Under the pieces are notes generated by a model. That model searched no databases. It was not told the origin of the DNA and was given only the letters and a program-made list of their open reading frames with translations. A stretch of DNA of 64,000 bases. It comes from Eledone cirrhosa. Taxonomy: Eukaryota. The stretch is taken from contig OZ024741.1 in the NCBI GenBank assembly GCA_964016885.1, forward strand, positions 185,876,001 to 185,940,000, read 5' to 3'. The number at the start of each line of letters is the position of its first letter. Position 1 is the first letter of the stretch. Positions 13,416-28,600 of the stretch are shown piece after piece. Position numbers and translations under genes: made by a program.

Positions 13416-13654
13416 CTGCTGTCTTGTGTTATAGCTGTCAAATTATCGCACTCATCCATGCCTGTATGTTTTTTTAATTACACGGAAACTGGGGAGTTAT
13501 TCCATTTGTCAGGCAATCTAAGTGGATTCATCGTCTTTTGACTAAACAACAATGTAGTTAAATTATGTCTAATTACGCCAGCTTCATGTGCGAAATGAAA
13601 TCTTCTGACAGATATTATATGCACATATTTTTCTTATGCGTACATTCGCATTTA

Positions 13655-13707
<53 letters not shown>

Positions 13708-14142
13708 TCTGTCAGTTACACTTTCTCTCGACTGACCTCTTCCTCACACTTCCACTCACTCACCCTCTGTTTCTCCCCTTCTCACTTCCTCCAGTTTGGC
13801 TTGTGTGGGTCTCTTCTTGCTCACATCTCACACACATCAACACGGCCTGTACCTTTCCCGCTCATGAAATCCACCCAGGTTATGCTGACCGGACAACCAT
13901 GTTGCTTGTTTATTTTCCTATCTTCGGTTTGCTTTTATCCTTCTATGTTGTTTACTTGTCCCCCTCGCCTTACGCGAATTCTGGTCCCAATAACTTGTTT
14001 TACTTATTGCTCGCACCAACCTGAGTTATCTGATTTTTAATGCGATGCAATACCAATGATGGTTGGAAAATCACTGACGAAGGACTATTTTTATCCTATG
14101 TAACCCATGTGCAAACCATGCAGTATTCTTCTCTCTTCTCAT

Positions 14143-14220
<78 letters not shown>

Positions 14221-14304
14221 GCAAAATATGAACGAATAACAGCACACAAAAATACACTACAATGAAAGTTTCTATTATGTTACGCTTGATATAGTAGGAA
14301 GAGA

Positions 14305-14340
14305 GTCTTAACGTTTCCGACGTTAGTCCTTCATCGGAAT
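14305..14340 (-). ncRNA. Degenerate minimal hammerhead motif (family G)
   Basis: Minus strand CCGATGA-A-GGAC-TAAC-GTCG-GAAACGTT; homologous to 27501-27536 including downstream flank. Confidence 0.5.
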
Positions 14341-14757
14341 ATAAACTTGTGAAAAAGTAAGCTTGACAAGCGTGAGAAGGAATGGAAAACATTTTTTTAG
14401 GTGACTAACCACACGCATGCGTGTGGTTAGTCACCCATTTTGTGGCATATATATATATATATATATTATATATAAGTAGAAGTTGTAATTAATTTGTTGG
14501 AAGTCCCACAAACCTAAATGTTTATAACTGATTTAGAGCACTTAACAATACTGGAGTAAATATTCAATGATATTAAATAAATGGAAACTATATTTATAAG
14601 ACCATATTTATTTTTTCCAACCGATAAGGTATGATTTTCATGGGTACATCTCTATTTATATATATATATCACCTTGATCACCTTGACCGACCAGTCTGTC
14701 GGGCGCCAATCGGCGCCGCTGGTCACAGCACGTCGTGGTGTTTTAGCCATAAATAAC

Positions 14758-14941
14758 TGTTTCTACTTTTGGCACAAGGCCAGCAATTACCCAGTGCATT
14801 ACTGGTACTTTATTTTATCGACCCCGTAAGGATGAAAGGCAAAGTCAACCTCGGCGGGATTTGAACTCAGATCGTAAAGGGACGTAACTATGCTGGAAAG
14901 CATGGCGTCCGACCCTCTACCGATACTGCCAATCCACCTTC
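14758..14941 (-). mobile_element. tRNA-derived SINE with 19-bp target-site duplication
   Basis: A-box TGGCAGTATCGG and B-box GTTCAAATCC on minus; TSD TGTTTTAGCCATAAATAAC at 14739-14757 and 14942-14960. Confidence 0.9.
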
Positions 14942-15038
14942 TGTTTTAGCCATAAATAACGCCATCCCACATTTAATAAAGTAATTAAGTCAAATATGTA
15001 AAATTTTGCTTCGTTTATTATAAATTATAGATATACTG

Positions 15039-15088
15039 CTATACATATTTCGGTGACAGCCATAATTGGCTGTGACCTCTTCAGGTAG
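15039..15088 (-). ncRNA. Minimal (PLE-type) type I hammerhead motif
   Basis: Minus strand CTAC-CTGAAGA-GGTCACAGCCA-ATTA-TGGCTGTCACC-GAAA-TATG-TA-TAG; canonical core, long stem II, imperfect short stem I. Confidence 0.65.
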
Positions 15089-15460
15089 TCCGAATTTATG
15101 TGGGAAAGACAGGTTCACGTGTTGTTGAAATGTGTTTTACTCCGTCAATACATCGATATGTTCTGCTCCTGGTTGTGTTGTTATTTCTCTGGGGAACTGG
15201 AATCATATGGGTTAGAACAAACAATTTCGGCGTCATAGGACACGCTCGCATCCCATTTGTCAGTTGTGAGAACATTCCTCAGTCAAAAGTATATAGACAT
15301 TTTTCTGAGGCGACAAACTCATGTAGTTGTTTTTGCCGGATGTTTAAGTACAGCTGACCTCCTCCATTGTGTTGGTAGTGACAGTGGTTTTAAGGGGTCA
15401 GCTGGCAGGTCAGCTTTAGTGTGCTGCGGCTATGTTCTGAAGAATTTGTGTGTAGGTTGG

Positions 15461-15513
<53 letters not shown>

Positions 15514-15561
15514 GGCGTAAAATAAGAAAATTATAACAATTAACTTACTTACTAAAATTTC

Positions 15562-15643
15562 ACTCCAACTAATTAGTTTCTGAAAGGGAATAAACATAGT
15601 TTCCGAAGAAATGTACGGAGAAGCCTTTCATCATCAGGGAAGT
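15562..15643 (-). ncRNA. Type I hammerhead ribozyme (family B, best copy)
   Basis: Minus strand ACTTCC-CTGATGA-TGAAAGG..CCTTTCA-GAA-ACTAATTAGT-T-GGAGT; 7-bp stem II, palindromic stem III, GUU triplet. Confidence 0.8.
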
Positions 15644-16091
15644 CTATTCTCAGCTAAGTTTCCAGGCAATGCGCGGACACAGGGAACTTATACAAAAATA
15701 ATTCAGTGGATGGAAAAAAGCAAAGCGTGGACTAAGTTCCAAGCCATTGAAAAAATCACTGCCTACTGCCTCGGTAGCAAATTCAAAAGAATCAATCACG
15801 TGACATCGAGGTTAATCAGTGAGGAGTGGTTTGTTAAGAAGACAGCAGCCGAACCGTTACTATGAACTATAGTAGCAGTTTTTGCCAATTTTGGCTCAAC
15901 AAAATAATTTGGAGATAATTATAAAGAATTAGTATATCTACTAACATATATATACAGATGCATACCTATGCCAGCAAATATATAGGTTTTGTCTTAGTAA
16001 CTTTGTGGTTCAATGCATGGGGATGCAGAACAATAATATGAAAGACGTAAAATAAGAAAATTATAAAAATTAACTTACTTACTAAAATTTC

Positions 16092-16173
16092 ACTCCAACT
16101 AATTAGTTTCTGAAAGGTAATAAACATAGTTCCCGAAGAAACGTACGGAGAAGCCTTTCGTCATCAGGGAAGT
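16092..16173 (-). ncRNA. Type I hammerhead ribozyme (family B, copy 2)
   Basis: As above with a C.A mismatch at the stem II closing pair; exactly 530 nt from copy 1. Confidence 0.72.
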
Positions 16174-16769
16174 CTATTCTCAGCTAAGTTTCCAGGCAAT
16201 GCGTGGACACAGGGAACTTATACAAAAATAATTCAGTGGATGGAAAAAAGCAAAGCGTGGACTAAGTTCCAAGCCATTGAAAAAATCACTGCCTACTGCG
16301 TCGGTGGCAAATTCAAAAGAATCAATCACGTGACATCGAGGTTAATCAGTGAGGTTTCTTATTTTACGTCTTTAATATTATTGTTCTGCATCCCCATGCA
16401 TTGAACCACAAAGTTACTAAGACAAAACCTATATATTTGCTGGCATAGGTATGCATCTGTATATATATGTTAGTAGATATACTAATTCTTTATAAATATC
16501 TCCAAATTATTTTGTTGAGCCAAAATTGGCCAAAACTGCTACTATAGTTCATAGTAACGGTTCGGCTGCTGTCTTCTTAACAAACCACTCCTCACTGATT
16601 AACCTCGATGTCACGTGATTGATTCTTTTGAATTTGCCACCGACGCAGTAGGCAGTGATTTTTTCAATGGCTTGGAACTTAGTCCACGCTTTGCTTTTTT
16701 CCATCCACTGAATTATTTTTGTATAAGTTCCCTGTGTCCACGAATTGCCTGGAAACTTAGCTGAGATAG

Positions 16770-16851
16770 ACTTCCCTGATGACGAAAGGCTTCTCCGTAC
16801 GTTTCTTCGGAAACTATGTTTATTCCCTTTCAGAAACTAATTAGTTGGAGT
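16770..16851 (+). ncRNA. Type I hammerhead ribozyme (family B, inverted copy 3)
   Basis: ACTTCC-CTGATGA-CGAAAGG..CCTTTCA-GAAACTAATTAGTT-GGAGT. Confidence 0.72.
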
Positions 16852-17014
16852 GAAATTTTAGTAAGTTAATTTTTATAATTTTCTTATTTTACGTCTTTCA
16901 TATTATTGTTCTGCATCCCCATGCATTGAACCACAAAGTTACTAAGACAAAACCTATATATTTGCTGGCATAGGTATGCATCAGTATATATATATGTTAG
17001 TAGATATACTAATT

Positions 17015-17120
<106 letters not shown>

Positions 17121-17135
17121 AAATATATATATATT

Positions 17136-18016
<881 letters not shown>

Positions 18017-18029
18017 TGTATATATATAT

Positions 18030-20360
18030 GATGATGTGGACCGACATCCTAAAGCCAAGCAGACGCACTGCAAACAACTTCCAGGCGTCCAACAATGGCA
18101 TGCCATGCTTGTATGGGCTCCGCAAAGACCACAAGACAGTCGACGACCCGACAACAGGACCACCAACAAGACCTGTATGCGGAGCAAATATAGCTAGCAA
18201 CTACAGGATCTCCTAATTCCTGGTTATACGCCCCATAATCAAGATGTCCCCAGATGTATGTGACAGTACAGAGGACCTCCTCAGCAGAACCAGTGAGTGC
18301 AACATAAACAGGAACCTATCCAACTGCATAATAGGCAGTATGGATGTGGTATCACTGTACCCATCCATTAACATTGATTTTGCTGTGGGAAAATATTTGG
18401 AGATGATCATTGAGAGTGAGGTGGAGTTCTGCGACGTCGACACAGACGAACTGGGCCTCCTCTTTAGACTTACCTAAGACATTGCCTACCTAGACAGCCT
18501 TGACAGTAGACCCATAAGAGGTAGACCCCCAACCATAAACTAAATGGCAAAAAAGACTCCCATTGGAAGGTGGATTGGGTGGACCAAAGCTATACGGACC
18601 CCCCAAAACAATGATCAGGTAAGAAAAATGGTCGCACATGCAATAGGGGCTAGTATGAAAACTACCCTAAAGCGCCACATATTCAAGTTCAACAAGAAGA
18701 TCTACACCCAAAATGAGGGAGCAGCCATTGGCGTCAGCATAGATGATGACGTTGCCAACCTTTTTATAGTATGGTGGGAAAGGAGTCTCAGAGATCTCCT
18801 TGATGAGAACTCCATAGACCTCATCATGTACTCTCGCTACGTAGACGACATCAATATAGTAAAAAGGACATCCCCACAAGAGAGCACTAACAAGTTTGAT
18901 TTAGAACGTAGCACAATGGAAAGCATCCAGCAGATGGTTAATTCCATACACCAGAGTATAACTGTAACTATCGATTACCCTTCCAAACACCCTAACAATA
19001 GATTACCTGTATTAGACACGGAACTCTGGATTAATGCTATAGACGAGAGAGCCCAAATTCTCCACTCACACTATGCTAAACCCCTGGCCTCCAAATACCT
19101 GATACTCAAAAACTCAGCAATGTCCAGTAGTGCTAAGTTTAATATTCTGATCGCAGACTTGGTACGAGTGATGAAGAACGTGTCCCGCATGTGCGACCCA
19201 ACAGAAATGGAAAGACACATCCAATACTTCATCAACCGCATGCAGTTCTCTGGCTACAACCAAAGAGACAGAATCCGAGTATACGAAGGAGCTACGGAGA
19301 AGTATAAGACCCTCATAGAACTGGACATGAAAGGAATTTGCCCATTATACAGGAGCAAATCATTGAATAGTTTAGATAAGACTAGACATAAGATAGGGAA
19401 AGCCACTTCATGGTACGACAACAAGAGATTCCATAGTGTCATGGATGTGGACGCTACCCCTGGAGGGAAATTAGCTAATCAGTGTAGAAAGGGCCTGAGA
19501 AAGACCCACTTAAAGGTTAAGGTGGTAGAAAAGCCAGGAACCACTATAAAAGGCCTGATAAGCTAAACCTACCCTTTTAAGAAAACCCACTGTACTAATA
19601 GGAAATGTATCATATGTAGAGTAAACCCCCGGATAAACTGTAAAACTAGAAACGTAGTCTATAGCATATGATGTACAGAGGTTACTACAACATGACAACA
19701 ACATACATAGGCGAGACAGCTCGTAGCATAGGTGAGAGGTTAGACCAACACTGGGGGGGGGGCATAAAAGGACGAACAAACGGTTCAGTACTATACGAAG
19801 ATGCCAGACAACAACATGACGGTAACATAGACAACATAGAAATTAGAATAATATCTAAACATATAAATGACCCAGCAGATAGGCAAATCAGAGAGACCAG
19901 CGAAATAGATCTTAGAAGGTCAAGGCTAAACAGAAAAAATGAATGGAATAACAACACCCAAACAAACAACACTGTCCTAAGAGAAGTATAAATAAATAAA
20001 TAAATAAATAAATACATACACAAGCACAATAACAACAAACACACATAAACACACACTAGTAAACTAAGATAGAATACAATAACAAATACACAGTCACTCA
20101 AACACGAACACACATTAAACAAAACACTATACACACACGCAAACGCATGCGCAGAGAAGACAAAATATAAATAAATAAATAAATAAACTAAATAAAGATG
20201 GCATACAGTACAACGGGAGGAAACATAATAGCACCACTGACGATGTTGCAGATGTGCAACGAAAGAACTTTCTTAGACTACATATATGTGTTTGTGTCTA
20301 TATTGTATTTGTATTTTTGACCGTTGGTCAGTCAATGGCAACATTGAGGACCGAATAAAT
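18030..20360 (+). mobile_element. Second Penelope-like family, 5'-truncated and degenerate (RT plus GIY-YIG)
   Basis: [95 protein letters not shown]. Confidence 0.9.
20237..20275 (+). ncRNA. Hammerhead-like motif in 3' region of the second PLE
   Basis: CTGACGA-T-GTTGCA-GATG-TGCAAC-GAAA with perfect 6-bp stem II; stem I not convincingly paired. Confidence 0.5.
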
Positions 20361-20489
20361 TAAATTAACCGATATAGAAGACACAGAAGCGAAAACCAAC
20401 CAAACAGTGAGTATGTTCTGTTATTAATTCTGGCAATATTATTACACAAATATGACCCTCCCCAAGTATAACAATATATATATATATAT

Positions 20490-20574
<85 letters not shown>

Positions 20575-21039
20575 GATAGAACGTGAGAAAGAGAGTGAAA
20601 GAAAGATTAGGAGAGAGAGAATTAGATTGATAGATTTGTGTATATATATGCAAAAATACACACTTTTTTAATTTTAATATTTTACGGGATTGATACTTAA
20701 ATTTGACATGTTTTGAAATGTTTCCTATGAATGATATATCCTTTGTTTTTCATTACTGGTGGATGAATGTAAACCAACACCTTGGAGTGGTTACGCTGTC
20801 CTTGTTGTCAATTAATCAGATGTTTCTTCTACATACACACTGCTATTTGTTTATGCTTTCGAATAGTAGAGATTGATAAATAAGTACCAAACTGTTTTAA
20901 AATACGTAATGACGTTCATATGATGGAAACATCCATGGATGGAGGTACCCTGGGATGGTAGTATTTATGTGACAGAAATCAGTAAAATTATAAATAAATA
21001 TTTTGAATGTAAAACGTACAATGTTTACGAATCTTGCCC

Positions 21040-21590
21040 CTTATATTCTCGATCATATAAAAAGCTGTAAATATACCAGATATACAAAAGTTGTTGATAG
21101 CTTTTGACAAAATTAAAGGTTTCAAGTATTGGCTCAAGAACTGAAAGTAGGAGGGGTGAGTCGATTATGTCTAACGCAGGGCTTGACTACTACTTTCTCT
21201 CAATGGGCTGCGCGGGAGTTGCACTCAGGATATAAAGTGGTGTGACATATGCCGCAAAGCGTTATGAAAAGATAAATTGAAGTAACGAACGAGGACTTAT
21301 TTTCTGTAACTCTCATTGCAGAGCATATTACCGAATAATGAAATACACACTTTCTGTGAAATTAGCTAACTATTCATTATTTTCCAATATGCTTCATTAA
21401 TATGAAGAAGATCTGGGCTTGTATTCTTTTAACACGCGAATTAAATAATTGATTACCAACTTCTTTCGGGATTTAACAGAATTAAAAACAACAACCGCAG
21501 AAAATATTTATATGTTTCGTGAAACATTAAACTATAAAAGGCGTGACAGAATTTTTGTCGTCTTTCGTTCTGACGGAATTTGTATCACAC
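21040..21590 (+). repeat. Diverged local duplication, copy 1 (copy 2 at 25612-26290)
   Basis: Collinear similarity, e.g. AATATGCTTCATTAAT.TGAAGAAGATCTGGG and TTTCGTTCTGAC.GAATTTG occur in both. Confidence 0.8.
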
Positions 21591-23124
21591 TTGAACGAAA
21601 ATCGAGATTTATTACAAGATTAATACAAATATTTCCAAAATCTGGTACTGTTTGAGAAACCTATTACAACTACATTTAGATTTTGTTGTATGAAATGCAC
21701 GAAATAGCATATTTTCAAAAGAATTTGGACGATGTATATGGTATTTTTTATTAACAAATATTCAAGGGAAATAGAGGATAAAATATATATTCACATATTG
21801 TCAACAAACGGGAAAAGTTCCTTGCGGTGTTATTTCCAACGCTTTGAGTTCAAATCATACCAAGGTCAAATACAACGTTCATCATTTTGGGATAAATAAA
21901 ACAAAGGTGGCAATTAATAGATCATCGGACGAAATAGCATCAAGTAATTTTTCTGAATATTTACTTTGTAATTTCCTTTATAGTAAGCCGGTTTAATACA
22001 TCAACTGGATTAACACCATCACCTAGTAATTTAGTGCAATAGTCGATGCCACACTGTTGTAAACATTAAGGTCAAGTCTTCGGCATGTAGAGAGATTCAT
22101 TCCCCCATCATACAACCAAACTTTATAGAAACATGTCTACCCATACACACATATCAAATATATATATATATATATGTACATGTATATATACATATGTCTC
22201 GGGTGCTCTAAAAAAAATAAAAGGACATGGACTCGGTCCTTGTGTTTTAATTAAATGTTTAAATTAGCCATATTTTGTTCATGAAGAATCCTCGTATACC
22301 CTCAAACTGTCGAATCCGGTAGAGAGAGCTTATCAAGCCGTCTCTATATATATGGCCCCCAAAGAAGCTTCTTGTACTACTAGAAGTTCGAAAACAAGAA
22401 ATTTATAAAAGATATGGGATGTTTTATCAATATATCTGATATATATATATATTATGTATATGTTCTGTAAGATTCTTGATGAGAAATCGTGTGATGAAAC
22501 CGATATTATTATATTTGGGGATGGTCATATTGACAATATTGCCAATAGAAAGACACACACGCACCATATACTGTTCACTTTATTGTTCGTTATACGTCCA
22601 TTTCTTCGTTTGTCAAAGTTCTATCATCACACATTATGTGACCTCCTCATTTTCCTGGTCATAATATATCTTATAGTAGTAGTAGTAGTAGTAGTAGTAG
22701 TTACTAGAGCAAAGCGTTTTAGTTTACTAGTTTGTCTAAGGTTTTATTCGACCATAGATTTACAGATTAAATGATAATAAAAAAGAACCAGGAAGAAAGA
22801 AGTTAATACAGAATATATTTTCACACTTGTTTTAAATATGTTTTAATTACAAAAATAACAGGTGTATCGGAAAAGTATATCAAGGAAAAAATGTCAATGT
22901 ATAGAAAAAAAATCGATGCATAAAACTATAATGAAGATACTTTCTAAACATAGAATATAAGAAAAGTTAGAAAAAAATGTATATTCTAATTACTATATTT
23001 AAATTTAGAAACTATTTCCAATGTGTTGGATTGACATAATGTTCTCTTCAGTTAATTTTCTCTAGTCATTTATGACACACTTTCACACACACACATACAC
23101 GTGTGTATATCCATTATACATACA

Positions 23125-23157
<33 letters not shown>

Positions 23158-23267
23158 CAATATATATATCAAATTCAGAAGACGGTCTCGTCTTCGTAGC
23201 TTTCTTGAAATAAAGCTGACAATAGGCTACACAAAACCACAAAGAATGAATAAAATGTTAATATAAT

Positions 23268-23648
23268 ATTTGTTTCTACATTTGGCACAGGCCAGCAATT
23301 ATCCCAGTGCATTACTGGTACTTTATTTTATCGACCCCGTAAGGATGAAAGGCAAAGTTAACCTCGGCGGGATTTGAACTCAGATCATAAAGGGAGGTAA
23401 CTCTATGCTTCAAAGCATGGCGTCCGACCCTCTACCACTGCCAATCCACCGCCCTTAATAATTGTTTCTACTTTAGGCACAAGGCCAGCAATTAACCAGT
23501 GCATTACTGGTACTTTATTTTATCGACCCCGTAAGGATGAACGGCAAAGTCAACCTCGGCGGGATTTGAACTCAGATCGTAAAGGGACGTAACTATGCTG
23601 GAAAGCATGGCGTCCGACCCTCTACCGATACTGCCAATCCACCGCCCT
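23268..23648 (-). mobile_element. Two tandem tRNA-derived SINEs
   Basis: Two near-complete copies of the 14758-14941 family (about 23268-23455 and 23460-23648). Confidence 0.9.
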
Positions 23649-24029
23649 TTAATAGAATAATAAAAACAAATTATATTTAACTGTTATCACATTCACCGTT
23701 ATTATACAAAGTTTGACAATTTAAAAATATTGTTCTATTAAATGCCCTAATTATAATTAAACAACACTGCATTATGTATACGAACTTCCCCGTTATTGTT
23801 GCATTTCGTCCGTTCGAAGTCTATACATAAAGAACTTGTCAATAGGCGGTGTATCTGCTAAATTGGTGAAGCGTCCAAATAAGTTGACATGCTGTATCTG
23901 CTCTTGCTCCGAACATTCTGTAGTCAAATTTGATCTCAAATCCCGTCGATGGTCAAATCTAATCCCCCGACTGCATGAGAATAACTGATTATTTGAGTTG
24001 AAAATGATAAATAACTACCACACATGAGA

Positions 24030-24650
24030 GTTCAAATCCCATCCAGGTTAGCTTTGCCTTTTATCCTTACTGGGTCGATAAAATAAAGCATCAGCAATGG
24101 GGTCGAATTAATCAACATTTCTTTCACCTTCAAGTTGCTGGCCTTATGCCTAAAGTAGAAACAATTATTAAGACAGGATAATAAGAGAAAATTCAGTGAA
24201 ATAACAGAAATGAATTGCAATCAAGAGAAAATTCGTATCAGGATCGGGATATGTGAAAATATAGTCTTATTATTTAATCTGGAGTAAGAGTGATGGATTG
24301 GCAGTAACGGTAGAGGGTCGGATGCCATGCTTTGCCGCATAGAGTTATGATCTGAGATCAAATCCCGCCAAGGTTAGCATTGCCTTTCATCCTTACGGGG
24401 TCGATAAAATAAAGTACCGGTCATACACTTTCCACCTCCCCCAAAATTGCTGGTCTTGTACATATATAAGAAACCATTATTTAATCTGGAATAGGACGGA
24501 GGATTGGCAGAGTTCAAATCCAGCCGAGGTTAGCGTTACTTTTTATCTTTACGGGGCCGATAAAATAAAGCACCAGTAATGCACTGGGTCGATTAAATCG
24601 ACTCCCCCCCCCCCACCAAAATTGCTGGCCTTGTGCCTATTGTATAAATC
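24030..24650. mobile_element. SINE cluster (24030-24170 minus; 24285-24480 and 24490-24650 plus)
   Basis: Shared GCCTTTCATCCTTACGGGGTCGATAAAATAAAGTACC core and B-box variants. Confidence 0.8.
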
Positions 24651-25611
24651 AATACTTAATCTGGAGTTTTATAGCAAGTAATTTTGACGTCACGAGAAAG
24701 CAACGTTCAGCTATGGTTTGCCTGCGTTTAAACTTTCATCGATTTTTTGCTGTCGTCGTATAACTTGAGGACAAACTCGAACCAGTTAACATTTAATCAA
24801 AGACATAAGTAGTTGATTTTTCTCAGAAATATCTCATATCTTCACTCAAAAAAGTATGATTTTATTTTAAATTCTAGAAAGATTTGGTTGTTATTTCTAA
24901 TAATTCGGTCCAACAATCTAGTGTGGGTGGAGTTTCATCTGTGGCTTGGTTCTTGTCTGATTAGTCACTTTAAGGCGTTTAAATTCTGCAGCTCGTAGCC
25001 GGTCTCTTCTAGTTTGTAACACCTGGATTCCAGCGGATATTACTTGCGAAACGTATAATTAATGCAGAAGTTTTAAAGTTAATCGCTCAGACCATCATTT
25101 ATGGCTGCTTTTAAAATGACTTAAAGGGCGACATTATCTTAGACATAATTGGTTTTGTAATAAACGTAATTGTGTTAACCCTTTCTGGAAGTTGTCAGAA
25201 TTAATATAGAGGATAAAGATATTTCAGTTGGCCTTAATGACCACATTTTGCCTCGGTTGGCGGGTGGTTTCGGGTACTAAGCTATGGTGTCAACTAATAT
25301 TATACAAACGAGCAAAGATTAATCTAATTTTACATATTAAAGTAGAGTTGTGCGGACTATGGTTATACGGTTTGTTTATTAATACATTTGATGATGAGGG
25401 AAAGTTCAGTGAAATGGTATAAATGATACAGCAATTCATTAAATGCCTTGTAGCACTTTGCTATGTCAAATCCCCTCAGATATCATCTTTATCTTCTGCC
25501 TATCATGAGTCAAAAACGCAAAGAGAGTCAAGTATTCCGTTTGATTCAATTGTTTATACCGTGTGCTCAATAAAACGTAATCTTGTATCTAAGTTATGTG
25601 GCAATTTTACC

Positions 25612-26290
25612 TTTTATATTCTCAATCTTATAAAAACCTGTAAATATATTAGATATACAAAACTTGTTGAAAGCCTTTGATGAAATAAAAGGTTTCGTAG
25701 GCTCAAATCCAGAAATTATGTGGCGTGAGTCGATTATCTCGAACCCAGGGTTTGACTACTACTTTATCTTAATGGACACCGAAAGGGTTATATGACTTCG
25801 GCGGAAGTTGTACTCAGGATATAAAGTGCTGTGACAAATAATAAAGTGTTACGAAAAATTATTTGAAGTAACTAAACAATTTAAAACACATTTTAATGTT
25901 TAATTACAATAATTTTGTAATTTCAGACATTGAGAATGAGGTCAGAATTAAAGAATGTGGTATATTTTAAGAATTTCTTGCGCTCAGGATTTATTTGCTG
26001 TAACGCATATTGCAGAGCATATTACTGTATCAATGAAAAAGAGGTTTCTGTGAAATTAGTTAAATATTCATTATTTCTCAATATGCTTCATTAATTTGAA
26101 GAAGATCTGGGTTTGTGTATTTTAAAACGCGAATTAAATGATTGAGTACCAACTTGTTTCGGAATTTAGCACAATTAATAGTAAACAACCCCAGAAAATC
26201 CTTATAATATGTTACGTCAAACGTTAAACAATAGAGGGTGTGACAGAATTTATTTCATGTTTCGTTCTGACAGAATTTGCATCACTTGTC
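25612..26290 (+). repeat. Diverged local duplication, copy 2
   Basis: Collinear with 21040-21590 plus an extra internal segment at about 25875-25985. Confidence 0.8.
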
Positions 26291-27500
26291 AAGTTATACA
26301 AAAGAAAATCCTCTTTCATTTACCATCTCTTATACAATGCCCTATTTATACGATCGCAGGTCAGGCCGACTTTATTTACAAGCATTTCCAATATATTAAG
26401 ATCACAGGAGACAAATAATCAATAAATCTTTCTTAATCTAGACGATTGATTTTTTCTTTCTTTCTCTTTTTTGCTATATGATGTTTCCAATAGAAAATAC
26501 TTTGTTCTGTTTTTCCTTTTGATTCTTCAGCGATGTTATTCTTACTATGTTATTTTAAGTATTGTTGGTGTTGTTCATGCTACTTTTGTAGCTTCAAGAA
26601 ATAGTTTTATGGAAAATAGGCAGAGAGAATTTCAAGATCTTACGGTCGTCACATAATTGGTTTGTGTTCCTCTTACATAATATTGTTCGTGAATATAATA
26701 GAGATTTCTAAATACGAAAGAAAATGGATGGACACAGCTGCAATTCATTTCATCAAAATGTGTTCAGATCGGTCAGAATTGATATATGGTTAAACAACAA
26801 AAACATTATAAAATTTTATAAATGCTTAAAGCAAATGAGCGTATCGTCACGCTCATACTTCAAAAATTATTCTTATTTTAAATCTGCATTATTTTGCTTG
26901 CATTACTTGTGTTAACATTTTTTGATGAAGAACAGTCGAATATATGGTACTCGTTATTTGATTGACAATGACTTTAATATATTCTAGAATTATGAAAGAC
27001 GAAATTCTTCTTACGTTGCCGCTATCCATTCTCAGCAATACATGCATTATTAATTAATTAATCTTCGTTATCAGCACCTGTATAATTATGCTATCTGTAG
27101 ACAGATGATGGTGATGGACAAACATGTCTAAAAACAAATCAGACATTTCTATTTTCATCACCCAGTTATATACAATATTTACTGTAATTTCATTGTTTAC
27201 TTTCCATATTGTAGCTAAATTGTAGTTATTTCAAAAAAGATACATTACATTCCACTTTATTAAAAACACACTTCAATTTAGTATGAATTTGTTTCTTTTT
27301 ATGCACACACACATAAACTCCATTGTGTATGTATATACATAATATATTACACATACATACCTTCATATAATATACGTACATAATATATATATGTATATTG
27401 TATGTATGTAAATGTAAAAGGTAAACAGAAATAACAACACCATCGGTACAGTATATGGAAGGGATATATTAGGTTAACGCTTGATATAGCAGGAAGAGGG

Positions 27501-27536
27501 TCCTAACGTTTTGGACGCTAGTCCTTCATCAAAAGA
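27501..27536 (-). ncRNA. Degenerate minimal hammerhead motif (family G, copy 2)
   Basis: Minus strand TCTT-TTGATGA-A-GGAC-TAGC-GTCC-AAAACGTT-AGGA. Confidence 0.5.
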
Positions 27537-27776
27537 AAGAATGAGAAATAAGATAGATTTAGGGGACAGGTGGGTTGGAATTGGAAAAAATGCATTTAAA
27601 TGAAAATAACAGGTCCATTCATGTTGACATCTCTTCCAAAATTGCTGGTGCGGGCGTTTTGTGTATAATTTAATTTTTAGAAAAGTGGATGATGGTGCGT
27701 GTCTGCCTGAAATGGAAAAAAAAAAACGTTTTGTAAAAAGAGCTATACTTGTGCACGTGCGTAAGCATGTGTGTGA

Positions 27777-27826
<50 letters not shown>

Positions 27827-27974
27827 ATGCATGTATATACGTTCATACAGGCACATATATATATATATATAGGGAGGGGGCGTGTGAGTGTGTGTGTGAG
27901 AGTCCCGGGTTCAATTGGGGGTAACAACATTAATAAGGTACTTAATAGATTGGTAGAGTGTAGTGTAAATATCA

Positions 27975-28130
27975 AATTTAATTTAGAAATGGTTTCTACA
28001 GGATTAGAGCTGTTTCATTCAAAGGAAATGATCAGGAAGGCCGACTGTCAGTTGGGTCTCCCGAAGATTTCCTTCGAAAGAAACAGTCCTAGTCCTGTAG
28101 AAACCATTTGGATTTTAGTCTTCAGATTTA
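27975..28130. repeat. Imperfect inverted-repeat element related to 45395-45525
   Basis: AAATGGTTTCTACAGGA..CTGTTTC pairs with GAAACAG..TCCTGTAGAAACCATTT. Confidence 0.65.
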
Positions 28131-28146
28131 TTATTATTACAAAAGT

Positions 28147-28284
28147 CAGGACCACGGCGGCTGAACACCAGCCGCTTCGACAGCTAGATCCGTTTGGGTG
28201 TAGCTGTCAAGACGGCCGTAGCTCAGCCGTCGGGGTCCTGATTCTTTTCGTATTAGCCACTCTACTGCCCTTACTCTGGTGCGT

Positions 28285-28290
<6 letters not shown>
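28147..28290 (+). mobile_element. Old diverged copy of HHR family A
   Basis: ..GCTCAGCCGTCGGGGTC..CCACTCTACTGCCCT.. with a 5' inverted arm. Confidence 0.65.

Positions 28291-28600
<310 letters not shown>

Noticed and set aside
14070-14120. CTGACGA-AGGA..TCCT hammerhead-like start
   Set aside because: No GAAA at the required position; at most a decayed remnant.
22278-22325. ATGAAGA..GAATCCGGTA motif
   Set aside because: Both core segments deviate and stem II does not pair.
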